Of a stretch of 32,000 bases of DNA, positions 8,856-17,380 are shown in pieces. This stretch comes from Candidatus Syntropharchaeum caldarium (lineage in GTDB: Archaea; Halobacteriota; Syntropharchaeia; Syntropharchaeales; Syntropharchaeaceae): contig LYOS01000003.1 of the NCBI GenBank assembly GCA_001766815.1, positions 145,254 to 177,253 of the forward strand. Direction: 5' to 3'. Positions within the stretch are counted from its first letter, which is position 1. The number at the start of each line of letters is the position of its first letter. Both the position numbers and the translations under genes were made by a program. The notes under the pieces were generated by a model that was given only the letters and a program-made list of their open reading frames with translations, ran no database searches and was not told the origin of the DNA.

Positions 8856-8930
8856 TGGGGCAGCGCAGATTTGAACTGCGGTCCAAGCCTCCCAAAGGCT
8901 CGAGGATCGGCCAGGCTACCCTACTGCCCC
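8856..8930 (-). tRNA. tRNA-Pro (anticodon UGG)
   Basis: The rc of 8856-8930 is GGGGCAGTAGGGTAGCCTGGCCGATCCTCGAGCCTTTGGGAGGCTTGGACCGCAGTTCAAATCTGCGCTGCCCCA. It has a 7-bp acceptor stem GGGGCAG/CTGCCCC, an anticodon stem GAGCC/GGCTT with loop TTTGGGA (anticodon TGG), and a T arm CCGCAGTTCAAATCTGCG. CCA is not encoded. Confidence 0.9.
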
Positions 8931-8944
8931 AACCAAGAGTGAAT

Positions 8945-9091
8945 CTACCGTTTTCTCTCCCGGGACTTCATCCTAAGCCCCTTATATCCACATTTTCTGC
9001 ATCTCGTTGCACGCACCGGGTTTCTTGCATTACAGTGGGTGCATATCTTCACATTGAGTATCCGTGCCTCTGCTTCAGGAAATCTTGCCAT
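8945..9091 (-). CDS. rpl40e: 50S ribosomal protein L40e (48 aa; below the ORF-track size cut-off)
   Basis: Hand translation of the rc of 8945-9091 gives [48 protein letters not shown]. This is the L40e pattern [10 protein letters not shown]...K.IC..C.ARN...A..CRKCG...LR with a C4 zinc ribbon. Confidence 0.9.
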   Translation of the reverse strand: MARFPEAEARILNVKICTHCNARNPVRATRCRKCGYKGLRMKSRERKR

Positions 9092-9217
9092 AGTTATTCA
9101 ACCTGCCAACTTAAGATTGATGATGTTCGATTTTATAATAAAGCTTTTGCTCTGGAAGTCTCGATACATCCCCAAAAAGAAACTAAATTTTTAAGCTTTC
9201 TCTACAATATCTGTAAC

Positions 9218-10171
9218 ATGAACCTTGATGAAGATCTGAAGGATGTCCTCAGGCTCAAGAAAGAGCTTTCAATCGAGTTTGAGGGTAGATCGATTGAGAA
9301 CATCTTCGATGGAGAGGTGGTTGAGAACGAGTATGGTGAGTGCTACTGCATAAGGAGATCTGCCGAAGTGTCATCGAAAATCTTTAAGATAGATGAGAAT
9401 GCCATTCTAACAGACCTCAAGGTTCTTCCAGGAATAGGAGATCGGACAGCTGATAAATTGAAGGCTGAAGGTTATGAGACGATTCGAGATCTAACAGGAC
9501 ATCCTTTATGGGAGGAGTGTGCAAAAAACTTTTTGAATCTACTCGATCGTGAAAATCGCAATGAACTCAATACCGAGATTTGCAGTCGCTTTCCTGCATC
9601 ACACCCAATCCACCTCTATCTCTCTGAGCGCCATGATGAGTTTCTACTCTTCGATCTCGAGACGATGGGTCTTTTTGGCGAGCCTATTATTTTGTTCGGT
9701 GCTGCCAGGTTGAAGTTGAAGAGCGCCCCCTCACTTGAAGTTTCCCAGTTTCTGCTGAGAGGACTATCTGATGAGGTAAGTGCGATTGCTGCCTTTAAAG
9801 ATGAATTTGATGGGCTGCCCCTGATCACATTCAACGGAAGGAGGTTTGACCTGCCATATTTCAAACGCCGGGCCACATCTTATGGTATAAGACATTCTTT
9901 CGATGGATTACACCTTGATCTGCTCCATTTTTCACGGCGATTTTTATCAAATAATCTCCCGGACTGTAGATTATCCACAATTGAAGCGCATATACTCGGT
10001 GTTAAGCGAGATATTGACATGCCAGGTTCACTTGTGCCCGCGTTCTACAAGGAGTTTCTTGAAACAGGAAATGCAGCCAGTCTCATCCCAATCGTTGAAC
10101 ACAACTTCCAGGATGTCGTCTCACTCGGAGAGCTTTTTCTACATCTAAAAAAAGTATCCTGCATCGATTAA
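9218..10171 (+). CDS. Predicted 3'-5' exonuclease (RNase H-like fold, YprB / PolB-exonuclease-like) with an N-terminal helix-hairpin-helix
   Basis: HhH motif LPGIGDRTADKLKAEGYETIRDL. Exo motifs LLFDLETMGL (DxE), ITFNGRRFDLPYF and VEHNFQDVVSL (HxxxD). The start is reset to ATG 9218 (MNLDEDLK...). The 121 codons upstream in the track ORF overlap the tRNA and L40e genes on the other strand. Confidence 0.7.
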   Translation: MNLDEDLKDVLRLKKELSIEFEGRSIENIFDGEVVENEYGECYCIRRSAEVSSKIFKIDENAILTDLKVLPGIGDRTADKLKAEGYETIRDLTGHPLWEECAKNFLNLLDRENRNELNTEICSRFPASHPIHLYLSERHDEFLLFDLETMGLFGEPIILFGAARLKLKSAPSLEVSQFLLRGLSDEVSAIAAFKDEFDGLPLITFNGRRFDLPYFKRRATSYGIRHSFDGLHLDLLHFSRRFLSNNLPDCRLSTIEAHILGVKRDIDMPGSLVPAFYKEFLETGNAASLIPIVEHNFQDVVSLGELFLHLKKVSCID

Positions 10172-10208
10172 TTCCGAATTAATAACCAGTAGAAAGAATG
10201 GGGGGAGG

Positions 10209-10240
10209 GAGAGGAGGAAAAAGGGGGAAAACCTCCTCTC
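10209..10240. terminator. Perfect 9-bp hairpin in a purine-rich spacer between convergent genes
   Basis: GAGAGGAGG (10209-10217) pairs with CCTCCTCTC (10232-10240) around a 14-nt loop. It lies between the stop at 10171 (+) and the stop at 10267 (-). Confidence 0.4.
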
Positions 10241-10266
10241 GTGGTCTATTAAGCGTGAGTCGAGCT

Positions 10267-10482
10267 TTAGATGCCGATTATCTCTTTCAGGAGCATCATT
10301 TTCTGGATCAGGTCCTTCATCATATCATCGTCATCGGGTCCTGACCCTTCAGCGCCCCCCATTGCATTTACCATTTCACCATATGCGCGACGCATTTTTC
10401 TATTTTCTTCCTGCAGATGGGTCAGCATCTCTTCGTAGAGTTTTGCCAGCTTCTTTGTCGCACGCAGTTCTATCTCGTTCAT
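10267..10482 (-). CDS. Small coiled-coil protein with an acidic Gly-rich centre, function unknown
   Basis: MNEIELRATKKLAKLYEEMLTHLQEENRKMRRAYGEMVNAMGGAEGSGPDDDDMMKDLIQKMMLLKEIIGI. ATG 10482 is preceded by GAGGT. The longer track ORF (start 10545) adds an implausible hydrophobic, Cys-rich extension. Confidence 0.5.
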   Translation of the reverse strand: MNEIELRATKKLAKLYEEMLTHLQEENRKMRRAYGEMVNAMGGAEGSGPDDDDMMKDLIQKMMLLKEIIGI

Positions 10483-10563
10483 TTTTTCTACCTCTATACC
10501 ACAAATAACTACAGTAATGTAGCAATATTTAAATCCAATCACCACGAGATTAGCAATATGGGA

Positions 10564-11517
10564 TCACACCATCATCTCAGCGATTCGTAAAATCGCCTTT
10601 CCCCTGAATACATCGAGCGATTCATAGCCCTTATCCACCATCATCCGCTCTAAACCATCAAGAATATTTTCAAAGATTGCAAGATCCTCGTAAAGGATCG
10701 AACTCCCGATACCAACTGCATCAACGCCGAGTAAGATGAATCTGAAGACGTCTTCAGGCGTTCTAACCCCACCAATTCCGATGAGCGGTACATTTCTGAT
10801 TCTGTCACTGTGCATCGCAAGTGCAATATCTGCGATCTTCCGCTGTGCAATACACCTCACGGATTCACCTGATTGACCACCAAAAATATTGCCAAGCACC
10901 GGAACCTCAAAGAATGGATCGACCTCAAGTGCTTCGAGTGTATTTATGAGTGAGAGGGCATCTGCTCCTGCATCAAGTGCCACTTCGGCAAACTCAACTA
11001 TGTCTGTTACGTTTGGACTGAGTTTAACGATAAGTTTAAGTGATGTTATTTCTCTAACCGCACTGATAACCTGAGATGTCCGCCCAGTATCCTGTGCAAT
11101 AACTTTTCCTGTCGAAAACTCAGTTGAATGTGGGCAGGAGATATTAAGCTCGACCATCTCGTAGCCTGCATCCTCAAACCTTGCTGCAACTCTTCCAAAC
11201 TCATCCTCATTGTATCCTGCAACACTCGGGATGATCGGGATTTTAAGTTCGTCCTCCTCCTCAAGCTCATTCAGAAATAGATCAACACCTGGATTTGGAA
11301 GTCCCATTGCATTCAGGATAATCCCTGGAGCAACCTCAATAACAGTCGGGTTCTCATGCCCCACTCTCGGGTTTTCTGTGATCGATTTCGTGATCAACGC
11401 TCCAGCACCGGTTCCTGCAAGGCGTTTCAGCATCCCGACGCTCGAGCCAAGTATCCCTGATGAAAGAATCAATGGATTTTGCAGTTCTATCCCAATATTT
11501 ACCCTGAGATCAACCAT
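10564..11517 (-). CDS. pyrD: Dihydroorotate dehydrogenase, class 1 family catalytic subunit
   Basis: Motifs seen are L.NP...SSG, ...ITKS...R.G...P, ...NAMGLPNPG, ...ELNISCPH (active-site Cys loop), ...VKLSPNV, ...GGQSG and ...IGIGGV. TIM-barrel DHOD pattern, 317 aa. No pyrK is adjacent. Confidence 0.75.
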   Translation of the reverse strand: MVDLRVNIGIELQNPLILSSGILGSSVGMLKRLAGTGAGALITKSITENPRVGHENPTVIEVAPGIILNAMGLPNPGVDLFLNELEEEDELKIPIIPSVAGYNEDEFGRVAARFEDAGYEMVELNISCPHSTEFSTGKVIAQDTGRTSQVISAVREITSLKLIVKLSPNVTDIVEFAEVALDAGADALSLINTLEALEVDPFFEVPVLGNIFGGQSGESVRCIAQRKIADIALAMHSDRIRNVPLIGIGGVRTPEDVFRFILLGVDAVGIGSSILYEDLAIFENILDGLERMMVDKGYESLDVFRGKAILRIAEMMV

Positions 11518-11523
11518 TACGGT

Positions 11524-11715
11524 TTAAACGATCTTTAACCTCTTAAACTCTTCGATGTCCCTCGCAAGCTGCTCAAGCTCATCTCCCCTGATCTCAACCT
11601 TTGACTTCAGATTTTGGAGTTCCTCGGTAAGCTGCTGAATTCTGATATACATTACGTACATGATAAAGAGCGCAATCGCTAAACTTATCGCAAGAAGAAT
11701 TGTGAAGCCTGTCAT
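11524..11715 (-). CDS. Small single-pass membrane protein with a cytoplasmic coiled coil
   Basis: MTGFTILLAISLAIALFIMYVMYI (TM segment) is followed by RIQQLTEELQNLKSKVEIRGDELEQLARDIEEFKRLKIV. Its start directly abuts the minD-like stop (11716). Confidence 0.55.
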   Translation of the reverse strand: MTGFTILLAISLAIALFIMYVMYIRIQQLTEELQNLKSKVEIRGDELEQLARDIEEFKRLKIV

Positions 11716-12510
11716 TTACTTTTTACCCCCAAACAACGATTTTGCGAGCTTCTCGACAAATGATTCTTTTTTGCCGTTATTTGTGGGACCTTCTTTATAT
11801 TCAACACCACCGAGCTTGGCTGCAATCTTCTTGTATGCCACAGCTGCAGGTGATTTTGGAGTGTTTACCACAAGCGGTGTCTTAAAAGCTGCTGCCCTTC
11901 GTACATTCGCATCTTCTGGTATCACACCTATAACAACGGTGTTTAAAAGTTCTGCAACCTTCTGTTTCGGTATATCCACCTTCTCCATCCCTGCACGGTT
12001 GACGATCGCGCCCATGACTTTTCCACCAACCATCTCGGTCAGTACTTTTGTTTTGAGTGCATCTGCCATCGAAGATATTTCAGGGTTAACGACGAGAATT
12101 ACCTCATCTGCTATCGCCATCGGGATTACAGCATCCTTACTGATACCCGCAGGAGCGTCGATCAGCATTATATCAAACTGCTCAACAAGTGAACCCATCA
12201 CATCCTTGAGGCGCTCTGGATTTGAGTTCTGAAATCCTTTCAGCGACACGCCGCAGGGTGCAACCATAACACCTGCAGGACCTGCATATATTGCATCCTC
12301 GATACGTGCGTTGCCACTGAGTACCTCGTGCAGCGTAATGGGATGCTTTTCAAGACCCATCACAAGCCCGAGGTTAGCCATCCCGATATCTGCATCAAGG
12401 ATTACAACTCGCTTTCCGAGTGCGGCCAGCGCTGTGCCAAGGTTGGCGGTGGTTGTTGTTTTACCAGTTCCACCTTTTCCAGAAGCGATCGTGTATACCA
12501 CAGCGGTCAT
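11716..12510 (-). CDS. minD: MinD/ParA-family P-loop ATPase (archaeal MinD-like) with a C-terminal amphipathic tail
   Basis: It has the deviant Walker A ASGKGGTGKTTTTANLG, then ILDADIGMANL, and a C-terminus KESFVEKLAKSLFGGKK that looks like a membrane-targeting helix. The start is reset to ATG 12510, which follows GGAGG. Confidence 0.8.
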   Translation of the reverse strand: MTAVVYTIASGKGGTGKTTTTANLGTALAALGKRVVILDADIGMANLGLVMGLEKHPITLHEVLSGNARIEDAIYAGPAGVMVAPCGVSLKGFQNSNPERLKDVMGSLVEQFDIMLIDAPAGISKDAVIPMAIADEVILVVNPEISSMADALKTKVLTEMVGGKVMGAIVNRAGMEKVDIPKQKVAELLNTVVIGVIPEDANVRRAAAFKTPLVVNTPKSPAAVAYKKIAAKLGGVEYKEGPTNNGKKESFVEKLAKSLFGGKK

Positions 12511-12630
12511 TTCCTTATTCCTCCAGTACAACCAGGTGTTTTCTTCATATTCTGCTTCCCCTTTGATTGTTTATTTCTCCTGTGATTACAATAATGACTC
12601 ACTTAAATCCTCAAACGCCTTCAAATCCCC

Positions 12631-13179
12631 TCAAGATGCTGTGAATAGGTTCTCCATTATTTTTTTTATTTCATCCCTTATTTCCAGTGCTGTTTTTTCC
12701 CTGACTCCAACCTCAGACCTTATCACGCAGAGAGGTTCGTCTGCCCACTGTGTGCCAAGTGGTGCAACCCATGCCACCCCCTGATCTGTAGCGATGGGAG
12801 TGATTTCTCCTTTGATCTCACCATCTTTTTTAGCTCTATTTGTAAAGAGTGTGGAAAAAGCGGCTGCGTCATATTCTGGTACGCGGCTTGAAGAGATTAT
12901 AACAAAGCCATCTTTTGTTGTAACCGTGAGTGACTCGAGATTATAGGCTTGGGTGAGTTCCATAAGTCTCCTCTCCGACTGGTCTGTCATGGTCTCGCCT
13001 GCTTCACCGTGATCGGTAGAGGTGGTGGCCCCCAGTTCTGGTGTCATGCTCTTTTGTGGCCCGATTTTTCGATGGTTTACCTTGATGTACCACAGAAAGA
13101 TGATGATACCAACGACAATGAGTGATATATTAAGCACTTTGAGAGTTATTAAATCACTTATATAGCTTAATAATACCAT
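12631..13179 (-). CDS. Membrane-anchored hypothetical protein; the C-terminal domain is possibly Roadblock/LC7-like
   Basis: N-terminal TM segment ISLIVVGIIIFLWYI. The C-terminal ~110 aa contain LESLTVTTKDGFVIISSS...AWVAPLG...LCVIR, which is weakly reminiscent of Roadblock/MglB folds. The start is reset to ATG 13179, preceded by GGTGAT. Confidence 0.45.
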   Translation of the reverse strand: MVLLSYISDLITLKVLNISLIVVGIIIFLWYIKVNHRKIGPQKSMTPELGATTSTDHGEAGETMTDQSERRLMELTQAYNLESLTVTTKDGFVIISSSRVPEYDAAAFSTLFTNRAKKDGEIKGEITPIATDQGVAWVAPLGTQWADEPLCVIRSEVGVREKTALEIRDEIKKIMENLFTAS

Positions 13180-13348
13180 TATATCACCGTATAGACTAAT
13201 TGGACTTGGTTGAATATAAGTATAACGGTGAGCAACACACATATGAGGAAAGATTAAAATAGTATATCATACAAAAACACATTAAATATCTGAATATATC
13301 TAATAAGACTTTAATATCATTAAAAAGCATAAATTTAGGGGGAAAACA

Positions 13349-15127
13349 GTGGGTGTGGACACGGATCTTGAATCAATCGAATCAGTGACTGACCAGAGCA
13401 AAACAGATCTTGATCTTGATATGAGCATCTTTCTTGATAATAAGAAAGATGAACTGATGGAATTTTTTGATGATGATGTCCTCGAAAATTTTGATAAAAC
13501 CCTTCAGGAGATCGAGTACAAAGAACTTGTCTATGATACATCCGACGTAAAAAAAGAGGCAAAGGGACTGAAAAGACTCAAGAACCTCTTTAAGAAGCAG
13601 CTTGAGATCGAACCTTATGATCCTGATCTACATGGTCCCCTGTGCGTCTTTGAGGGGTTACCTGGCTATGAAGAGGTTGAACGGTACTGGCTTCGGGAAC
13701 CCTACTCCTTTGCGGTGATTCTCTACAACAGGGACAGTGATGATCACATATATTATGTCGTTGAACCATATATGCGCGATTTTGAGAAGGTCCTGCTCCA
13801 GGACATCAAGAATCGGCTTCGCGATACTCTGATTGCGGTTAAACTTGACGAAGAGACCAACAAAGAACTGATTCTCAAGGAAAAAGTGAACGAGATTATT
13901 CTTGATTACAGACTGCGTCTTGAACCCGTTACCTACCATAAGATTCTCTACTACGTGCTGAGGGATTATCTGGAACTGGACAAACTCACACCGATCATGC
14001 AGGATCCACTGATAGAGGATATCTCATGCAATGGATGGGATCAACCTGTATTCCTCTTCCATAAGAACTACCTTAACATACAGACGAATATTTACTTCAG
14101 CGAGGCTGAGTCAAACTCGTTCGTGGTGAAGCTCGCACAGAAGAGCGGAAAACACATCTCAATCGCAGAACCAATGGTTGATTCCACGATGCCAGATGGC
14201 AGCAGGATACAGATGACGCTTGGAAAGGAAGTGACAACCCATGGTTCAACATTCACGATCAGAAAGTTCAAGGATGTCCCGATAAGCCCTGTGGATCTCA
14301 TTGGATGGAAGACTTTTTCCTCTGAATCGATGGCGTACCTCTGGATGTGTATCGAGAATAACAAGAGCCTCATCTTTGCAGGGGGGACAGCTTCTGGCAA
14401 GACCTCTTCGCTCAATGCGGTCTCACTCTTCATCCCGCACAAAGCAAAAATCATCACACTCGAGGATACAAGAGAGCTTAAACTACCACATCCGAACTGG
14501 ATACCAGATGTAACCCGCGAAGCGCTTTCACAGGATGGAAAAGGAAATATCGACATGTACGAGCTTCTAAGAGCTGCACTTAGACAGCGCCCTGAATATT
14601 TGCTGGTAGGCGAGGTCAGGGGCAAAGAAGCGCTGACGTTATTCCAGGCAATGTCAACCGGGCATACAACCTTCTCAACGATGCATGCTGATGCAGTCGA
14701 TACGGTGATCCACAGGCTTGAAAACCCACCGATCAGTGTCCCGAGAACGATGATAGAGGCGCTTGATATCGTATCGATCCAGTCCCAGACATTCTCTGGA
14801 GGAAAAAGGGTGAGGCGAAACCTTGAGCTTGTGGAGATCAGCGAGATCGACCCGTCAACACGGAATATCAAGACGATCGACGTCTTCAAATGGGATCCGT
14901 CAAGAGATGTATTCGAGCGTGTCGGAGAATCGAAGGTTCTCAATGATATTATGACATTCAGGGCATGGAGCAGGAGTGATATGGAGTATGAACTGAAGAA
15001 ACGGCAGGCAGTGCTTGATTACATGCTTGAAAACAACGTGAGGGATTTTGATGCGATAGCAACGATAATTCACGCTTTCCAGGCAAATCAGGAGAAAGTC
15101 ATGAGCAAACTCAATATTAAGGTATAA
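13349..15127 (+). CDS. Archaeal type IV pilus / archaellum-type secretion ATPase (FlaI/ArlI-like, VirB11/GspE superfamily)
   Basis: Walker A FAGGTASGKTSSLNA; ITLEDTRELKL; Walker B/His box PEYLLVGEVRGKEA..LFQAMSTGH...STMHA. The first ~70 aa form an acidic N-terminal extension. GTG start preceded by TAGGGGG. Confidence 0.85.
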   Translation: MGVDTDLESIESVTDQSKTDLDLDMSIFLDNKKDELMEFFDDDVLENFDKTLQEIEYKELVYDTSDVKKEAKGLKRLKNLFKKQLEIEPYDPDLHGPLCVFEGLPGYEEVERYWLREPYSFAVILYNRDSDDHIYYVVEPYMRDFEKVLLQDIKNRLRDTLIAVKLDEETNKELILKEKVNEIILDYRLRLEPVTYHKILYYVLRDYLELDKLTPIMQDPLIEDISCNGWDQPVFLFHKNYLNIQTNIYFSEAESNSFVVKLAQKSGKHISIAEPMVDSTMPDGSRIQMTLGKEVTTHGSTFTIRKFKDVPISPVDLIGWKTFSSESMAYLWMCIENNKSLIFAGGTASGKTSSLNAVSLFIPHKAKIITLEDTRELKLPHPNWIPDVTREALSQDGKGNIDMYELLRAALRQRPEYLLVGEVRGKEALTLFQAMSTGHTTFSTMHADAVDTVIHRLENPPISVPRTMIEALDIVSIQSQTFSGGKRVRRNLELVEISEIDPSTRNIKTIDVFKWDPSRDVFERVGESKVLNDIMTFRAWSRSDMEYELKKRQAVLDYMLENNVRDFDAIATIIHAFQANQEKVMSKLNIKV

Positions 15128-15143
15128 ATGAAGGTGTAAAAAC

Positions 15144-17096
15144 ATGTTCGAAAATATCAATTTCTTCATGCGTTTTGCATTCTCGATCTTTGGTCCACGA
15201 CTAAAGCGGAACAAGGATAACTATATTCAACTTCAGACAGATCTCAGGAAGGCGCGCATGCCGATCTCATATGATATGTATATGTCAGCAGCACAGGGCT
15301 ACGCACTGGTAGCAGGCATTTTTGGTGGCATACTGGGTCTTATACTTGCATATCTTATCATAAACGTATTTGGGATTCCTGATAACTTCACAAACCTGCA
15401 TTTACCACAGAGCCTTTTATGGATGAACGCACACGTGGAGACTCTGCTCACGATATTCCTCTTCTTCTTTACCGCGATGATATTTTCAGCAACGGTCTAT
15501 GTATTCTTCTACATATACCCTTCACTCGTTGCAGGAGGTAAGAAGGCAGAGATAAACAAGATGCTCCCGCATGGGATACGATTCATGTATGCACTCTCGA
15601 AAGGTGGTGCAAACATCATCGAGATATTGAGGGCGCTTGCAAGAAATGAAGATACATATGGTGAGATTTCGAAAGAAGCAGAGGCGATCATCAAGTACAT
15701 TGACTTTTTGGGGTACGATCTGAGAGAGGCGCTGCTTCACGCAGGTGAGGAGACGCCATCTGATAACTTCAGGGAACTCATTGATGGACTTCTGACAATA
15801 ATCGACAGTGGTGGGGACATGACTCGATTCCTCAGTGATAAGACGATCGAGTACATGCAGATCGCCAAGATTGAGCAGAAAGGATTCCTTGAAACGCTTG
15901 CGCTAATGGCTGAATCCTATGTGACAGCGTTTGTAGCGGGACCGCTCTTTATCATCATCATCGAGGTTGTGATGACGCTGATGGGTTCGGGGCAGATGAT
16001 GGCGCTCTATGCAATTATATATATGGTCATCCCGGTTGGATCGCTGATGTTTGTCATGATGATATATCTGATCTCGCCGAGTGACATTACAAATGCACCC
16101 ATTCTGAAGACCGAGTTCTCATATGATGCTGAAGATGTGGAGATTGAAGATGTTGATCCTGAAGATGTGGAGGCATACACTCAGTACAAAAAATCCAAGA
16201 AAACATATGCTTTAAAGGAGATGCTTAAGCATCCGCTCAAACCGTTCAAGGAGAATCCCATATTGGTACTCGCTGTGAGCGGTCCACTTGCTCTGATCAC
16301 CGTGATTGCGGGGGTTGGAATGAACTTCGATGACTTCAGGATGGACCCGGTGGGGGTCATCGATGACTATCTTGTGCTTGCTGCATTTGTGATGTTTCTG
16401 CCGCTTGTCATATTTTATGAAGCGAAACGGAGGCGACACAAGAAAATTAAATCCCAGGTGCCAAACTTTTTGAAAGGAGTTGCCAGCACAAACGCAAGTG
16501 GAATGACACTCACCCAGTCAATTGAGGTGATAGCAAAGTCAACAAGTGGAGCAATAGGAGAGGATATCGCCCGTATGTGGCGTGATCTTGAATGGGGGAT
16601 CAGCGTCAGGGATGCGTTTGTCCGTTTTGCAAACAGGGTCAAGATGGCATCGCTATCAAGAACTGTCACACTCCTGACTGAGACGATGCGAACGAGCGGG
16701 GAGGTTGCTGATACACTCTATCTCTCTGCAAAGGATACTGAGATGGCAGAGGAGCTTGATAGAGAACGGTTTACAAATATGCTGATTTATATAATTATAA
16801 TCTATATCGCATTCTTTGTATTCATAGGGATTATATTCATCATCTCAACCTCGTTCCTTCCTGTGATGGCATCGGCTGGAAAAGATGTTGCAAGTTCTGG
16901 TATGAGTGCAGAAGGCTTCCTTGGTGAGTTCGATATCGATCTCTTCAAGCGAATCTTCCTTCACGCATCGCTTCTGCAGGGATTCTGCTCAGGTCTTATT
17001 GCAGGCCAGATGGGGGAGGGGGAGTTTCTTGCAGGTTTTAAGCACTCGCTGATCATGGTCCTGATAGCATATATAGCGTTCACGGTGTTTATATGA
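15144..17096 (+). CDS. Polytopic membrane platform protein (FlaJ/ArlJ / TadC-like, two T2SS-F type domains)
   Basis: 650 aa with multiple TM segments and two cytoplasmic helical domains, IRFMYALSKGGANIIEILRALA... and FLKGVASTNASGMTLTQSIEVIA.... It starts 16 nt after the ATPase gene stop. Confidence 0.8.
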   Translation: MFENINFFMRFAFSIFGPRLKRNKDNYIQLQTDLRKARMPISYDMYMSAAQGYALVAGIFGGILGLILAYLIINVFGIPDNFTNLHLPQSLLWMNAHVETLLTIFLFFFTAMIFSATVYVFFYIYPSLVAGGKKAEINKMLPHGIRFMYALSKGGANIIEILRALARNEDTYGEISKEAEAIIKYIDFLGYDLREALLHAGEETPSDNFRELIDGLLTIIDSGGDMTRFLSDKTIEYMQIAKIEQKGFLETLALMAESYVTAFVAGPLFIIIIEVVMTLMGSGQMMALYAIIYMVIPVGSLMFVMMIYLISPSDITNAPILKTEFSYDAEDVEIEDVDPEDVEAYTQYKKSKKTYALKEMLKHPLKPFKENPILVLAVSGPLALITVIAGVGMNFDDFRMDPVGVIDDYLVLAAFVMFLPLVIFYEAKRRRHKKIKSQVPNFLKGVASTNASGMTLTQSIEVIAKSTSGAIGEDIARMWRDLEWGISVRDAFVRFANRVKMASLSRTVTLLTETMRTSGEVADTLYLSAKDTEMAEELDRERFTNMLIYIIIIYIAFFVFIGIIFIISTSFLPVMASAGKDVASSGMSAEGFLGEFDIDLFKRIFLHASLLQGFCSGLIAGQMGEGEFLAGFKHSLIMVLIAYIAFTVFI

Positions 17097-17130
17097 AACG
17101 CATGATTTATTGGTGGGGTTTGCGTTTTTG
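17097..17130 (+). terminator. Hairpin plus T-tract after the flaJ-like gene
   Basis: AACGCA (17097-17102) pairs with TGCGTT (17121-17126) and is followed by TTT. It begins immediately after the stop codon at 17094-17096. Confidence 0.45.
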
Positions 17131-17204
17131 ACCTGTGCATAAGCGAAGATTGCCCCTGGTAACCTCTGTGTTCGTTTCACATGGGCATGCCACCCCATTC
17201 ACAA

Positions 17205-17238
17205 GGATCTTCCTTCACACATCGATTCTGCAGGAATC
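17205..17238 (+). repeat. Degenerate second copy of a 35-nt segment from the flaJ-like 3' end (first copy at 16951-16985)
   Basis: GAATCTTCCTTCACGCATCGCTTCTGCAGGgattc compared with GGATCTTCCTTCACACATCGATTCTGCAGGaatc: 27 of the first 30 positions are identical by hand alignment. In the flaJ frame, the second copy would read RIFLHTSILQESG*, against RIFLHASLLQGFCSG... in the gene. Confidence 0.7.
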
Positions 17239-17380
17239 AGGCTAACTTTATCCCTATAGATTTGAGTTGGAAAGTCCCATGGTGTTGTTGTTTCAAATGG
17301 GGCTGTTGTTTTTATCGAGTTTAGCACCCATTCTGGTTTAAGTATCCTTTGAGTGTGCGGTGCGTTTCTTTTGATGTCTT

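Noticed and set aside
8855-9217. N-terminal 121 codons of the 438-aa track ORF (MGQRRFELRSKPPKGSRIGQ...)
   Set aside because: This stretch lies antisense to a well-formed tRNA-Pro and to an L40e gene and has no recognisable protein features. The downstream ATG at 9218 gives a coherent HhH plus exonuclease protein.
12631-13242. Longer 203-aa version of the membrane protein, and the longer versions of minD (12531), the flavodoxin gene (2157), aroE (26071), mcrB (21401), mcrG (22740) and the small 10545 ORF
   Set aside because: The upstream extensions lack ribosome-binding sites and add non-homologous or implausible residues. In each case an internal ATG preceded by a GGAGG/GGTGA-type motif matches the family N-terminus.
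16129-16172. Perfect 14-nt direct repeat CTGAAGATGTGGAG, present twice 30 nt apart
   Set aside because: It lies inside the flaJ-like ORF and simply encodes a repeated acidic linker (AEDVEIEDVDPEDVEA) between the two cytoplasmic domains. It is not a regulatory or CRISPR-like repeat.
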